Shown one piece after another: positions 53,248 through 62,745 of a DNA stretch of 64,000 nt. Below the pieces are notes generated by a model that searched no databases, was not told the origin of the DNA, and worked only from the letters and a program-made list of their open reading frames with translations. Origin of the DNA: Patescibacteria group bacterium (GTDB lineage Bacteria > Patescibacteriota > Minisyncoccia > Minisyncoccales > UBA5738); contig JAXDBQ010000032.1 of NCBI GenBank assembly GCA_034678605.1, positions 40,265 through 104,264 on the forward strand, in the 5' to 3' direction. The translations under genes and the position numbers were made by a program. Every line of letters begins with the position of its first letter. Within the stretch, counting starts at the first letter, position 1.

Positions 53248-54078
53248 TTATTCTTGGTTGGTTGGTTCTTTTAACGACAGGAATACTTTGCCGTTGGAAA
53301 TTTCCACGATCCGGGCCGAGATTTTGTTGCCGATCTTGAAGTTTTCCGAAAGATTTTTGGTCATTTCGGCCGGAATTTGCGCGATCGGGATCAGGCCTTC
53401 GACCGCTTCGGCGCCAAAGCGCACGAAAATTCCGAATTCCATGATGCCGGTGATGTCGCCTTCGATTTCTTGGCCGTTTTTGTATTTCCGCAGGCGCTCT
53501 TCGCGCTGTTCCATTTCGGCCATCTTTTCCGACAAAATGATCTCGCCGGTTTTTGGTTTGAGGTTTAATATGCGCACCGAAAGGTCGGCACCCACGAATT
53601 TTTGCAGTTCGCGCAAGATCTTTTCCGGATCGCCGCCCATCACTTTGGGATAATGGCCGCTGGCCAATTGCGACACCGGCAAAAACGCGGGCAATCCCGC
53701 CACTTTGGCGATCAAGCCGCCTTTATTGGCGCCCGTGATCTTGATGCTCACCGGCGCGCGGTTTTCCGCCATTTCACGCAGTTCATCCCATACTAGTTTA
53801 CGCGTGGCGCCGCTCACCGACAATTCGATGTAGCCGTTTTCGTCTTCCAAGCTCACGATCTTGGCCGAGATCGGATCGCCTTCTTTGACGTCTTTGAGCC
53901 GGTCTTTGACTTCGTAGTATTCTTTGCCGCAAACAATACCGGTGCCGATGGCGCCCAAATCCACGTAAAGCGCGGATCGCTCCTGGGTGATCACCGTTCC
54001 TTTTACAATTTCTCCGGTTCGCGGAGGGTTAATTGACGCAACGGAAGCGCCGTTGCTTTTGTTGTTTTCTTTTGTCAT
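53248..54078 (-). CDS. S1 RNA-binding-domain protein (short ribosomal protein S1-like)
   Basis: Track ORF 53248..54114; three S1-like repeats (GEIVKGTVITQERSALYVDLG, GDPISAKIVSLED, GQEIEGDITGIMEFGIFVRFG); start moved to MTKENNKS. Confidence 0.7.
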   Translation of the reverse strand: MTKENNKSNGASVASINPPRTGEIVKGTVITQERSALYVDLGAIGTGIVCGKEYYEVKDRLKDVKEGDPISAKIVSLEDENGYIELSVSGATRKLVWDELREMAENRAPVSIKITGANKGGLIAKVAGLPAFLPVSQLASGHYPKVMGGDPEKILRELQKFVGADLSVRILNLKPKTGEIILSEKMAEMEQREERLRKYKNGQEIEGDITGIMEFGIFVRFGAEAVEGLIPIAQIPAEMTKNLSENFKIGNKISARIVEISNGKVFLSLKEPTNQE

Positions 54079-54119
54079 AGTTATCACCCTACAACATTTT
54101 GAGCCAAATTTCAAGAGGG

Positions 54120-54290
54120 CGCACCCGTGTTTCGCATTCGCATTTTGTATTCGTAGGGGCGAAACTATGTTTTCGCCCGAATTGTATTTTTGCGTTGCAT
54201 CCGTAGGGGCGGCCTTTATGGCCGCCTTTTTACATAGGCGGAAAATCGGGCAACCACAAGGGTTGCCCTTACGAATGCAAATGCCGGATT
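54120..54290. repeat. Family-6 GC-hairpin repeats (GTAGGGGCGaaac..GCCCC; GGCGGCCtttaTGGCCGCC; caaGGGTTGCCCtt)
   Basis: Re-occur at 55490..55610 (inverted) and 56085..56180. Confidence 0.6.
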
Positions 54291-54320
54291 TGACTTTTGG
54301 GCTGCGGGGGGGGGTATTAT
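54290..54320 (+). promoter_or_regulatory. Promoter module TTGACT-19 nt spacer containing G9-TATTAT with conserved leader (paralog of 34713)
   Basis: atttgacttttgggctgcgggggggggtattat; leader carries gcgccggaggcgcattcgtcctttggcggaaaaaatcaaaagtcaaaagtgaaag ... gatttttgaaaaaatATG. Confidence 0.55.
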
Positions 54321-54440
54321 TAAGTCAAAAGTCTGCGCCGGAGGCGCATTCGTCCTTTGGCGGAAAAAATCAAAAGTCAAAAGTGAAAGTCAAAAGTAAT
54401 AACCGTCAAAAATCAAAACCCTAAAGATTTTTGAAAAAAT

Positions 54441-54791
54441 ATGTTTGAAAGGCCAAATGAATCGGAAAATGATCAAAGCAATCAAGAAGCAGGCGGCGAA
54501 AAATTTGAGCTGACGCCCGAAAAGGAAAAAGAGTTAAGCGATTTAGCTTATGTTTTTATAGACAAAGTTAGGGGCGATGCCGAAGGATTTAACGGGATGG
54601 ATGGTGCGGATGCCAGCATTTATCTGTTGAATGGCTATAGAGAAAATGGTATGGCGGGTGTTGAAGAAGCGATTTTAAATCTTTTGGATCGGGCAAAATC
54701 CAATCCGGCTTATAAGGGAACGCAATTTGAAACCGGCAAACATAATGAAGATTTGGCAAAAGCGATAGTTAGGGAAGGGATAAAGGGATAG
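54441..54791 (+). CDS. Hypothetical small acidic protein
   Basis: 116 aa; ATG placed exactly as in the paralogous leader at 34839. Confidence 0.45.
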   Translation: MFERPNESENDQSNQEAGGEKFELTPEKEKELSDLAYVFIDKVRGDAEGFNGMDGADASIYLLNGYRENGMAGVEEAILNLLDRAKSNPAYKGTQFETGKHNEDLAKAIVREGIKG

Positions 54792-54929
54792 AGTAATAAA
54801 ACAATAAATTAATATTACGGGGGTTGAACCCCTGTAATTTTTTGGTTGGGCGGGGGCGGGGCGGTAAAAGAGGTGATTTTTGCGTTTTTGGAAAATTTAT
54901 GTTATAATTTTTCTATTATCGTTTGACTT

Positions 54930-54995
54930 GATTGGCTAAATTTACGTGCAATGGTCTAACCATTGCATTAACAATGGATAGACCATTGCTTTTAA
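54930..54995 (+). promoter_or_regulatory. Tandem operator-like palindromes CAATGGTCTAACCATTG and CAATGGATAGACCATTG upstream of the hicB-like gene, downstream of a TATAAT box at about 54903
   Basis: Direct reading. Confidence 0.5.
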
Positions 54996-55035
54996 CCAAT
55001 TGCGTAAGTTGAGTCCTCAATAAAGAAGTGATAAG

Positions 55036-55323
55036 GTGATGAAAAAAATAAAAAACACCAAACAATACGGGTTGGCGCGGGTTTTTATTTTTCCGGCCGC
55101 GGGCAAATTCACGGCGGTTTGTTTGGATTTGGATTTGATCGAAGAAGCGGATTCGAAAAGCGAGGCGCTGGCGCAGATAAAAGAGGCGGTGAGCGGATAT
55201 CTTGCCAACGCGGTTAAAAACAATTTGGACTACGATATTTTGAATCGGCCCGCGCCGAAAAAATATTGGGATTTGTATCGAATTGATAGTTGCGCGGAAA
55301 GCGCCAATTTGTGTTTTGCTTAA
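55036..55323 (+). CDS. HicB-like (UPF0150) antitoxin-family protein
   Basis: YGLARVFIFPAAGKFTAVCLDLDLIEEADSKSEALAQIKEAVSGYL resembles HicB N-terminal RNase-H-like domain; no adjacent hicA found. Confidence 0.45.
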   Translation: MMKKIKNTKQYGLARVFIFPAAGKFTAVCLDLDLIEEADSKSEALAQIKEAVSGYLANAVKNNLDYDILNRPAPKKYWDLYRIDSCAESANLCFA

Positions 55324-55451
55324 CGCAAGGATTTAGTGCAAAATCAGCCGTCGCAAGGCAAAGCGCATAAGCACCTCCTGATTAAGTTCGCCGCAAGGCC
55401 GCGGGGGTTATGGCGGAGAGAATAAAAGGCGCACCACTCTTAATCCTTGTA

Positions 55452-55484
55452 AAAGCGTCCGGATATTGAATGTCCGGGCGCTTT
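55452..55484 (+). terminator. Rho-independent terminator
   Basis: agcgtccgg-atattgaatgt-ccgggcgcttttt. Confidence 0.55.
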
Positions 55485-55489
55485 TTCGT

Positions 55490-55610
55490 TCTGCGTTTGT
55501 ATTTTGTATTTGTAGGGGCGATTCTATGTAATCGCCCAGTTTGCGGTTGTTTTTTATTCGTGATGCGGGCGAAAACATAGTTTCGCCCCTACAAATGCGA
55601 ATGCGAAGGG
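55490..55610. repeat. Family-6 repeat copy, inverted orientation
   Basis: tttgtatttgtaggggcgattctatgtaatcgccc ... gggcgaaaacatagtttcgcccctacaaatgcgaatgcg. Confidence 0.55.
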
Positions 55611-56084
55611 TTGACAATCGGCGGGCGGCCGGTTTACTATCAAAGCAGACTCGCAAGAGTTGAGTTTGCGCGAAGGGCGCATCCTGCCATTGGCGGGTAA
55701 AAACAAAAAATTGAAATTTTTGCGCCAAACCGCCCATTTCGGCGGAAAAATTGAGATTTTTGCACAAATACCATGATGATGGACGAAGGTACCCAAACAG
55801 GAACCCCTGTTGCCGAACCGGCCGCTACAACTCCGGAACCGGCGACAACTCAAGATGCTCCGGCGACCGAAGCTCCGGCGCAACCGGAACAAACGCCGGC
55901 CGCCTAACGATCGGGCCAAAAAAAACATATCGCGCGCGGTATGTTTCGTAAAAGTTGGATAATTCCAATTTTTTGTTTTCAATCGTTTGTTTTGCCATTT
56001 TTCGTGCCTCGGCGCATGGGCGAGCCGATCACGGCGCGAAAGCAAATCAAATAGCGTTAAAGCGGGTCATTCCCGCTTTTTTGC

Positions 56085-56180
56085 TTGCGTTTTTTGTATT
56101 GCACCCGTAGGGGCGGCCTTTATGGCCGCCCTTTTAAAATGCGGGCGACCACAAGGGTTGCCCCTAAAATGCGAATACGG
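56085..56180. repeat. Family-6 repeat copy
   Basis: ttgtattgcacccgtaggggcggcctttatggccgccc ... ccacaagggttgcccctaaaatgcgaatacgggg. Confidence 0.55.
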
Positions 56181-56242
56181 GGATTCGGCAAACCATTGAC
56201 AAGTAGCAAAAAATTATCTATGCTTTCGCCAGCTGTTTTGTA

Positions 56243-56725
56243 TTGATGGATGGAGGAATCTTTATAAAAATTTCGACATTTAAAGATGTAAGGTTTAAGG
56301 CTCGCGGCGGTCCGTGGGCTACAAAATCGGGTGGGAAACTTGAAGTGCTGGTGCGGTTTGATTTTTTTGGTGCGATGGATTTCTTGAATTTTTATCAAAA
56401 TTCGGGGATTCGCGGACTGCGGTTGTATATCGTAAAAGAGTTGCCTGATGGCGAAGTCGGCGGCGGCGAGTTTCATAAAGTCCGTCAAGAAATATTGATG
56501 GTAACCCAAGGCGAGGTTCTTTTTATTATCGAGGATTTGCACGGTGTTAAAAAAGAAATTACTTTAACGCCTGAAACCGGTGTGTTGTTTATCCCGATTT
56601 GGATTTTGCACACATATGTCGCAAAAAGACCAGGAAGCGAAATTTTGGTTCTCGCCAACACCGATTTTGATCCGCAAGATCCGGCTACGTATGATTCTTA
56701 TCCAAAAGAAGAATTCCATTTGTAA
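56243..56725 (+). CDS. WxcM/FdtA-like cupin domain protein (sugar 3,4-ketoisomerase-like)
   Basis: FKDVRF...RGLRLYIV...H...EILMVTQGEVLFIIEDLHG...LFIPIWILHTYV...LVLANTDFDPQD matches the FdtA/WxcM C-terminal cupin pattern. Confidence 0.6.
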   Translation: MMDGGIFIKISTFKDVRFKARGGPWATKSGGKLEVLVRFDFFGAMDFLNFYQNSGIRGLRLYIVKELPDGEVGGGEFHKVRQEILMVTQGEVLFIIEDLHGVKKEITLTPETGVLFIPIWILHTYVAKRPGSEILVLANTDFDPQDPATYDSYPKEEFHL

Positions 56726-56823
56726 CCTGATCTTCCGGTTCTTTTTTTATATAAACGCGCGAAGGGCTTCAATTATTCGCCAAATTTGCTACATTCAAAG
56801 TGTGTAAAATCTTATTTATTGTT

Positions 56824-59800
56824 ATGGAACAAAATTTCAATCAAAGAGAGGAAAGGACAATTAAATTTTGGAAGGAAAATAAAATTTTTGAAAAGTCGGT
56901 GAAGCGTGCCCCTAAACGCAAAAAAGAATTCGTTTTTTACGAGGGGCCGCCCACGGCCAATGCCAAGCCGGGGATCCATCATGTGGAGACGCGGGTGTTT
57001 AAGGACATGGTTTGCCGCTACAAAAACATGGCCGGTTTTCGCGTGCCGCGGCGCGCCGGCTGGGACACGCATGGCCTGCCCGTGGAACTGCAGATCGAGA
57101 AGAAATTGAATTTGCGCAACAAAAAAGAGATCGAAAAATTCGGCATCAAGGAATTCAACAAAGAATGCCGGGATTCGGTGTTCGAGCAGATCGGCGAGTG
57201 GCGCAATTTAACCGAGCGCATCGGCTATTGGCTGGATTTGGACAATCCCTATATCACCTACGACGCCCGTTATATGGAGTCGGTGTGGTTTATTTTGAAG
57301 CGGGCTTGGGAAAAGAAGTTGTTGTTCCAGGATTACAAAGTGATCCCTTATTGTTCGCGGTGCGGCACCGCGCTTTCCAGCCATGAAGTGGCGCAGGGTT
57401 ACCAAAAAGTAAAAGACCCGTCAGTGTTTGTCAAGTTCCGGATATTGAACCCGGAGGTCAAGAACGCGGCGCTGCTGGTGTGGACCACCACGCCTTGGAC
57501 TTTGCCGGCCAACGTGGCCGCGGCCGTGAATTCGGAAATGGATTATGTGAAAGCCAAGCCGAAAGAAGGAAGCGGCGAAGCGCTGATCCTGGCCAAAAGC
57601 CGATTGGAAATATTGGGCGAGGACTATGAGGTTGTTGAGGAAATGAAAGGCCAAAAACTGGTTGGTTTGCGCTACCAGGCGGTTTTTCCGGTCGAGCGCG
57701 AATCCGAAAAAACGATCTACAAAGTGATCGCCGCGGATTTTGTGTCGGCGGTCGACGGCAGCGGCATCGTGCATATCGCGCCGGCATTCGGCGCCGAGGA
57801 CATGGAGGTGATCCGCGGCCAAAACAAGCAGCTGCGGGAAAGCGGCCAACCGGAGTTTCCGGTGATCTTGAATGTTGCCGAAGACGGCGGCTTCACTTTG
57901 GAGGTGGCCAAGTGGGCGGGGATGTTTGTGAAAGATGCCGATCCGTTAATAATCAAGGATCTGGAAGCGCGCGGCTTGCTGTTCAAGACCGAGCCCTATG
58001 AGCACGATTATCCTTTTTGTTGGCGGTGCAAGACACCGCTATTGTACTATGCCAAAAAGAGCTGGTTCATCAAGATGACCGCGTTGCGCCAAAATTTGCT
58101 GGAAAACAACCAAAAGATCAATTGGGTGCCGGCGCATTTAAAGGAAGGGCGCTTTGGCGAATGGCTGCGCGAAGTGAAGGATTGGGCCATCTCGCGCGAC
58201 CGCTATTGGGGCACGCCTTTGCCGGTGTGGAATTGCGCTTGCGGCAACATTGAAGTCGCCGGTTCTTTGGGCGACCTGCTGGCCAAAAAATATTCGGCAA
58301 ACCGCTATTTCATCATGCGCCACGGCGAATCGCGCCGCCAGATTAAAAAGGTCTCTTCGTGCTGGCCCGAGGCCGAGCCGCTGCCGCTCACGGAAAAGGG
58401 CAAAAAAGAAGTTGCCGCGGCGGCCAAAAAATTGGCCAAGGAAAAGATCGATCTGATCATTGCCTCGGATATCTTGCGGACAAAGGAAACCGCGCAAATT
58501 GCGGCGCAGGCAACCGGCGCTAAAGTTGTTTTTGACAAGCGCTTGCGCGAGCACAATGTGGGCGAATTCAATGGCACCGATCCCAAGAATTTTTGGGAAT
58601 TCGCCAACGCGAAAATTGACCGGTACGCGGCCAAGCCCAAGGGAGGGGAAAGCTTGGTGATGGTGCGCAAGCGGATGTATGAATTTTTGGCCGAGATCGA
58701 CAAAAAATACCAAGGCAAAACAATTTTGCTGGTGGGGCATGAATTGCCGTTCACGGTTTTGGAGCATACTCTGAAGGGGATATCGCTGCCGGAGATCATC
58801 GAAAGCCGCTATTCGGGCAAGATCAAAAGAATTGTCACGGCCGCGGCCAAAAAGATCGAATTCAAGCAGCTGCCATTGAACGATGACGCTGAAATCGATC
58901 TGCATCGGCCGTTCATTGATGGCGTCAAGCCGGTTTGCGCCAAATGCGGCGGGCAAATGGCGCGCGCGCCCGAAGTGCTTGATTGCTGGCTGGATTCGGG
59001 TTCGATGCCCTTGGCCCAGGCCTATTGGCCCTTTAAAAAAGGCGATTCGCCGGCCAAGCCGGTAAAATTGTTCCCCGCGGATTTTATTTCCGAAGCCATC
59101 GATCAGACGCGCGGCTGGTTCTATACTTTGCTGGCCGTGTCCACCACCATGGGGTTTGGCGCGCCCTACAAGAATGTGGTGTCGTTGGGGCATGTTTTGG
59201 ATCAAAACGGCGAGAAAATGTCCAAATCAAAGGGCAATGTGGTCAATCCATGGGAGATGGTGCAAAAATACGGCGCCGACGCGGTGCGCTGGTATTTTTA
59301 CACGGTCAATGATCCGGGCGACCCCAAGCTTTATAACGAAAAGGATTTGGAGTTGGCGCAAAAGAAATTTCTGCTCACTTTTTGGAATTGCTATGTGTTC
59401 TTGAAAACCTACGCGCCCGCAATAAAAGCGCCGGCGACGATCGCGCCGGTCAATGTGCTGGACAAATGGATCGTGTTGCGGCTTCATTCGGCGTTGGCCG
59501 AAATCACCGATTGTTTAGAAAGATATGATATCACCCGTGCCGCCCGCAAAATAGAGGATTTTACGATCAATGATTTGTCGCTGTGGTATGTGCGCCGGTC
59601 GCGCCGGCGGCTGCAGCAGCCGCAAAGCCCGGCCGAACTAAATCAGGCGGCCAAGGTTTTTGCCTATATTTTGGCGAATTTGGCCAAAACCAGCGCGCCG
59701 TTTGTTCCGTTTTTGAGTGAGGAGATTTGGCAGGGATTGTCGGGAAATGGTTTTTCCAAATCCAAGTCAGTGCATTTGGAACCATGGCCCGCGGCAAATA

Positions 59801-60360
59801 AAAAAATGATCGATTCGGAATTGGAAAAGCAGATGACGCGGGTGCGCGAACTCACCGCGCTGGTTTTGGCCGAGCGGGCCAAGCATGGCGTGAAAGTGCG
59901 CCAGCCGCTGGCCAAGCTTGCGGTCGGCGGCCCTACCTTCGCCAAGGCTACGGCGGGCGAAGAAATAAAATTGGGCGATGAGTTGCGCGATCTATTGGCT
60001 GGCGAAGTGAATGTCAAAATCATTGAATTTGATCCGGAGCAAAAAACCGCGGTCGAGATCGATTGGAATATTACGTCTGAATTGAAAGAAGAAGGCAATA
60101 TGCGCGAAGTGATGCGCCAGATCCAGGAATTGCGCAAAACCGCCAAATTCACCCCGCAAGACAAGATCACCATTTACGTCCAAGCCGAAAGTGAGTTAAG
60201 GGCCGCGATCGAAAAACATCGGAAAATGATCGTCAAAGAAACCAAGGCCGCCGCGATTAAATTCGAAAAGCCGGCCAAGCCCGCGGCGCAAATCGAAGTC
60301 AAAATTGACGGTGTCTCTTTATGTCTGGGAATTAAGAAATTGTCATCAAAGTTGTTTTAA
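56824..60360 (+). CDS. ileS: Isoleucine--tRNA ligase (type-2) carrying an inserted histidine-phosphatase (PGAM-like) domain
   Basis: Track ORF 56800..60360; editing domain TTTPWTLPAN; WAISRDRYWGTPLPVWNC; DCWLDSG; KMSKS; the about 210-aa insert (about 58290..58910) has RHGESRR and LLVGHELPF catalytic-His motifs. Confidence 0.9.
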   Translation: MEQNFNQREERTIKFWKENKIFEKSVKRAPKRKKEFVFYEGPPTANAKPGIHHVETRVFKDMVCRYKNMAGFRVPRRAGWDTHGLPVELQIEKKLNLRNKKEIEKFGIKEFNKECRDSVFEQIGEWRNLTERIGYWLDLDNPYITYDARYMESVWFILKRAWEKKLLFQDYKVIPYCSRCGTALSSHEVAQGYQKVKDPSVFVKFRILNPEVKNAALLVWTTTPWTLPANVAAAVNSEMDYVKAKPKEGSGEALILAKSRLEILGEDYEVVEEMKGQKLVGLRYQAVFPVERESEKTIYKVIAADFVSAVDGSGIVHIAPAFGAEDMEVIRGQNKQLRESGQPEFPVILNVAEDGGFTLEVAKWAGMFVKDADPLIIKDLEARGLLFKTEPYEHDYPFCWRCKTPLLYYAKKSWFIKMTALRQNLLENNQKINWVPAHLKEGRFGEWLREVKDWAISRDRYWGTPLPVWNCACGNIEVAGSLGDLLAKKYSANRYFIMRHGESRRQIKKVSSCWPEAEPLPLTEKGKKEVAAAAKKLAKEKIDLIIASDILRTKETAQIAAQATGAKVVFDKRLREHNVGEFNGTDPKNFWEFANAKIDRYAAKPKGGESLVMVRKRMYEFLAEIDKKYQGKTILLVGHELPFTVLEHTLKGISLPEIIESRYSGKIKRIVTAAAKKIEFKQLPLNDDAEIDLHRPFIDGVKPVCAKCGGQMARAPEVLDCWLDSGSMPLAQAYWPFKKGDSPAKPVKLFPADFISEAIDQTRGWFYTLLAVSTTMGFGAPYKNVVSLGHVLDQNGEKMSKSKGNVVNPWEMVQKYGADAVRWYFYTVNDPGDPKLYNEKDLELAQKKFLLTFWNCYVFLKTYAPAIKAPATIAPVNVLDKWIVLRLHSALAEITDCLERYDITRAARKIEDFTINDLSLWYVRRSRRRLQQPQSPAELNQAAKVFAYILANLAKTSAPFVPFLSEEIWQGLSGNGFSKSKSVHLEPWPAANKKMIDSELEKQMTRVRELTALVLAERAKHGVKVRQPLAKLAVGGPTFAKATAGEEIKLGDELRDLLAGEVNVKIIEFDPEQKTAVEIDWNITSELKEEGNMREVMRQIQELRKTAKFTPQDKITIYVQAESELRAAIEKHRKMIVKETKAAAIKFEKPAKPAAQIEVKIDGVSLCLGIKKLSSKLF

Positions 60361-60382
60361 ATTTTGAAACGCTTTGCATTTT

Positions 60383-60420
60383 GGGGTCTATCCCCGGCGT
60401 AATCGCAGGAGTTAGACCCC
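60383..60420. other. GGGGTCTA...TAGACCCC hairpin element (family 5) immediately after ileS, preceded by gaaacgctttgcatttt as at 31360
   Basis: Direct reading. Confidence 0.55.
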
Positions 60421-60476
60421 TTCAATAGCATTTGGATTTGATGATTTCGTAATTATATGGCGAGCGGCATAAATTA

Positions 60477-61028
60477 TTGATAGATAATTTATCTGCCAGG
60501 ATAACTGAAGGCCTTGAAGAAGAGGATAGAGTTAGCGCGCAGAATAAATTGGTCGGACTTCAAAAAGAAGCGATTGAATTTTTAAAAACCAAAGTTGAGC
60601 TTGCGGGTTTAATCGGTGTTAAAGGGGGTGAATATAAATTGCCCGAAAACCAGCCAAACCATATGAATTTGCCGATTCCGGAAGATATGATATCAAGAGA
60701 AGAAATCGATTCGATAAATGACGAGATAAACCGCAAAACTGCAGAATTGGTTAATTTACAAGAAAGATTGAAGCAAGAAAAACCCGATAAAGTACAAGAT
60801 TATATTAAAAAATATGTCGAGCCGATAAAGAGAAATGCACAAGAACAATTGATTAAAAAAAGTAAAAACAAGGACGATATTTTTGCGAATCATAGAAAAA
60901 CAAATGCGCTTTATGATGGCGCGATTGATTTTTTAAAAAAAATATTATCGCAATCCGGGGATGATGTCGCTAAACCTGATAAAAATAAAGGGCGCTTGGC
61001 GGGCTTGAGGAAAGCGATATCCAGATGA
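60477..61028 (+). CDS. Hypothetical charged protein
   Basis: 183 aa, lower GC than neighbours, no recognisable motif. Confidence 0.5.
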   Translation: MIDNLSARITEGLEEEDRVSAQNKLVGLQKEAIEFLKTKVELAGLIGVKGGEYKLPENQPNHMNLPIPEDMISREEIDSINDEINRKTAELVNLQERLKQEKPDKVQDYIKKYVEPIKRNAQEQLIKKSKNKDDIFANHRKTNALYDGAIDFLKKILSQSGDDVAKPDKNKGRLAGLRKAISR

Positions 61029-61150
61029 TTAAGCTATTGGTAAAATGCGGGCAAAAGGCGCTTGCGGCAAGCCGCGGGCGCTTTTTGAATTTTTGATGGG
61101 AAATGCTATTATAAAAATACTGAAAAATTTGGTAAAATCAAAATAAGAAG

Positions 61151-61375
61151 GTGATAATTTTTACCAAGCATTCGCTGTTAAAGTTGCGGCACCGCGGCAT
61201 ATCGAAAGATTTGGTTGTCGCGGCGTTGGCAAGCCCGGATTTTATTTCGGATTCTCGTTGTGGCCGCGCGATATGTTTTAAAAAATTCCGCAAACTTTAT
61301 TTGAAAGTCGTGTTTAAAAGAGAAGCGGGCGACACCGTTGTTATCACTCAATATTGGGTTGATAAAATCAATTAA
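61151..61375 (+). CDS. DUF4258-family small protein (putative toxin)
   Basis: 74 aa; C-terminal VVITQYWVDK pattern typical of DUF4258. Confidence 0.55.
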   Translation: MIIFTKHSLLKLRHRGISKDLVVAALASPDFISDSRCGRAICFKKFRKLYLKVVFKREAGDTVVITQYWVDKIN

Positions 61376-61384
61376 ATTACTTCC

Positions 61385-61597
61385 ATGAAAATAAATTACG
61401 ATCCTGTTGCCGACGCTTTGTCAATCACGATAAAAAAAGGCAGGGCGGTCAAAACAATCGAAATCGCGCCCGAAGTTAATCTGGATGTGGATAAATCCGG
61501 CAATTTTCTTTATTTGGAAATCATCGGCGCCGGTGAAAAAATCGGCGCAAAACAAGCAAAAGAAATTTTGGCCAAAAATTTGGCTTTGGCCGGTTAA
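61385..61597 (+). CDS. DUF2283-family small protein (putative antitoxin partner)
   Basis: MKINYDPVADALSI...DKSGNFLYLEIIGA matches the DUF2283 consensus; 9-bp gap after the DUF4258 gene. Confidence 0.6.
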   Translation: MKINYDPVADALSITIKKGRAVKTIEIAPEVNLDVDKSGNFLYLEIIGAGEKIGAKQAKEILAKNLALAG

Positions 61598-61726
61598 TAA
61601 ACTACCCGGGGCAAAGCCCCGAGGTATTCCGGCGCTCCGCTACGCTGCGCGATCGGAAAAGTTTGATTCCCCGCCATTAATCCTCGGGGCAAATCCCAGG
61701 ATATTCTGGCGGATGAATAACAAAAT

Positions 61727-62734
61727 ATGGAACTTTTTATTTGGTTGGTTATTTTTATTGTTTCCCTCACGGCGCTATTGAAGGCCGCAGGGTGGTTTTC
61801 CGCGGGCGCGGTGAAGCTTTTGGGCTACAACGCCAATTCCGGTTTTACCGCGGCGTCGATCGCAGCGGCATTGCCGGAATTGGCGCTGGCGCTGGCGGCG
61901 GTGTTGATCGGGCGGGCCGAATTGGCGGTGCCCATCGTGATCGGTTCGTCGATTGCCAATATTTTTTTGGTGGTGGGCGCCAGCGCGGTGGCGGCCAAAA
62001 ATCTGGCCATCAAGCCCGATTATGTCGATCTGGACGCGCCGCTTTTGGCCGCGGCCTTGGCGATGTTTTGGTTTTGCGGCCGCGACGGTCAGATAGTTTT
62101 TAGCGAGGGAATTTTGATGATCGCGGCGTTTTTTTCCTGCGCGGCCTATGTGATTTTCCGCGCTGGCGTCAAGATTTTCACGCCGCGCGACATCGTCACG
62201 CCCGGGTTTTTCGTTTCGGCGCGGCGCAATTTGGCCGAATTGGTGGGGGCGCGTTTTAGCCGGGGATTTGTCAAGATTGGCAGCAATAATTTTTTGATTT
62301 CATTGGCGGCGGTATTTTTTTCCGCGGCGCTTTTGGCGATAGCCGCGGGCATCGCTTTGGAATCGATAGATGGAATTTCTCAAAAGACCGGAATATTAGC
62401 CGTGGTTTTGGCGATGTCGGCGGTGAGCGTGGCCGGCGCGCTGCCGGAGATGCTGTCGAGTTTGCGGATCATCGCGCGAAAACGCTATGAGATTTTGCTG
62501 GGCAATGTTTTTGCCGGCACCACGGCCAATATTTTGCTGGTGGCCGGGATCGCGGCTTTGTTCGGGGATTTGCCGCTGGGAGCCGAGGCGCTGGATTTGG
62601 GTTTGCCGTTTTTGGTCGCGGCCGCCGGAGTGTTGACAGTGTCGAGCTTTTCGCGCAAAATCAATGCTGGCGAAGGCATGATCTATTTGTTTTTGTATTT
62701 ATTGTTTTTGGCCAAATTATTTAATTTATTCTAA
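61727..62734 (+). CDS. Ca2+/Na+ antiporter (CaCA family, YrbG-like)
   Basis: Two alpha-repeats (GFTAASIAAALPELA...GSSIANIFLVVG and ALPEMLSSL...GNVFAGTTANILLVAG); about 10 TM. Confidence 0.85.
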   Translation: MELFIWLVIFIVSLTALLKAAGWFSAGAVKLLGYNANSGFTAASIAAALPELALALAAVLIGRAELAVPIVIGSSIANIFLVVGASAVAAKNLAIKPDYVDLDAPLLAAALAMFWFCGRDGQIVFSEGILMIAAFFSCAAYVIFRAGVKIFTPRDIVTPGFFVSARRNLAELVGARFSRGFVKIGSNNFLISLAAVFFSAALLAIAAGIALESIDGISQKTGILAVVLAMSAVSVAGALPEMLSSLRIIARKRYEILLGNVFAGTTANILLVAGIAALFGDLPLGAEALDLGLPFLVAAAGVLTVSSFSRKINAGEGMIYLFLYLLFLAKLFNLF

Positions 62735-62745
62735 TTATAAAAAAT

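Noticed and set aside
58138-59205. 355-aa ORF antisense to ileS
   Set aside because: It lies inside the conserved IleRS frame.
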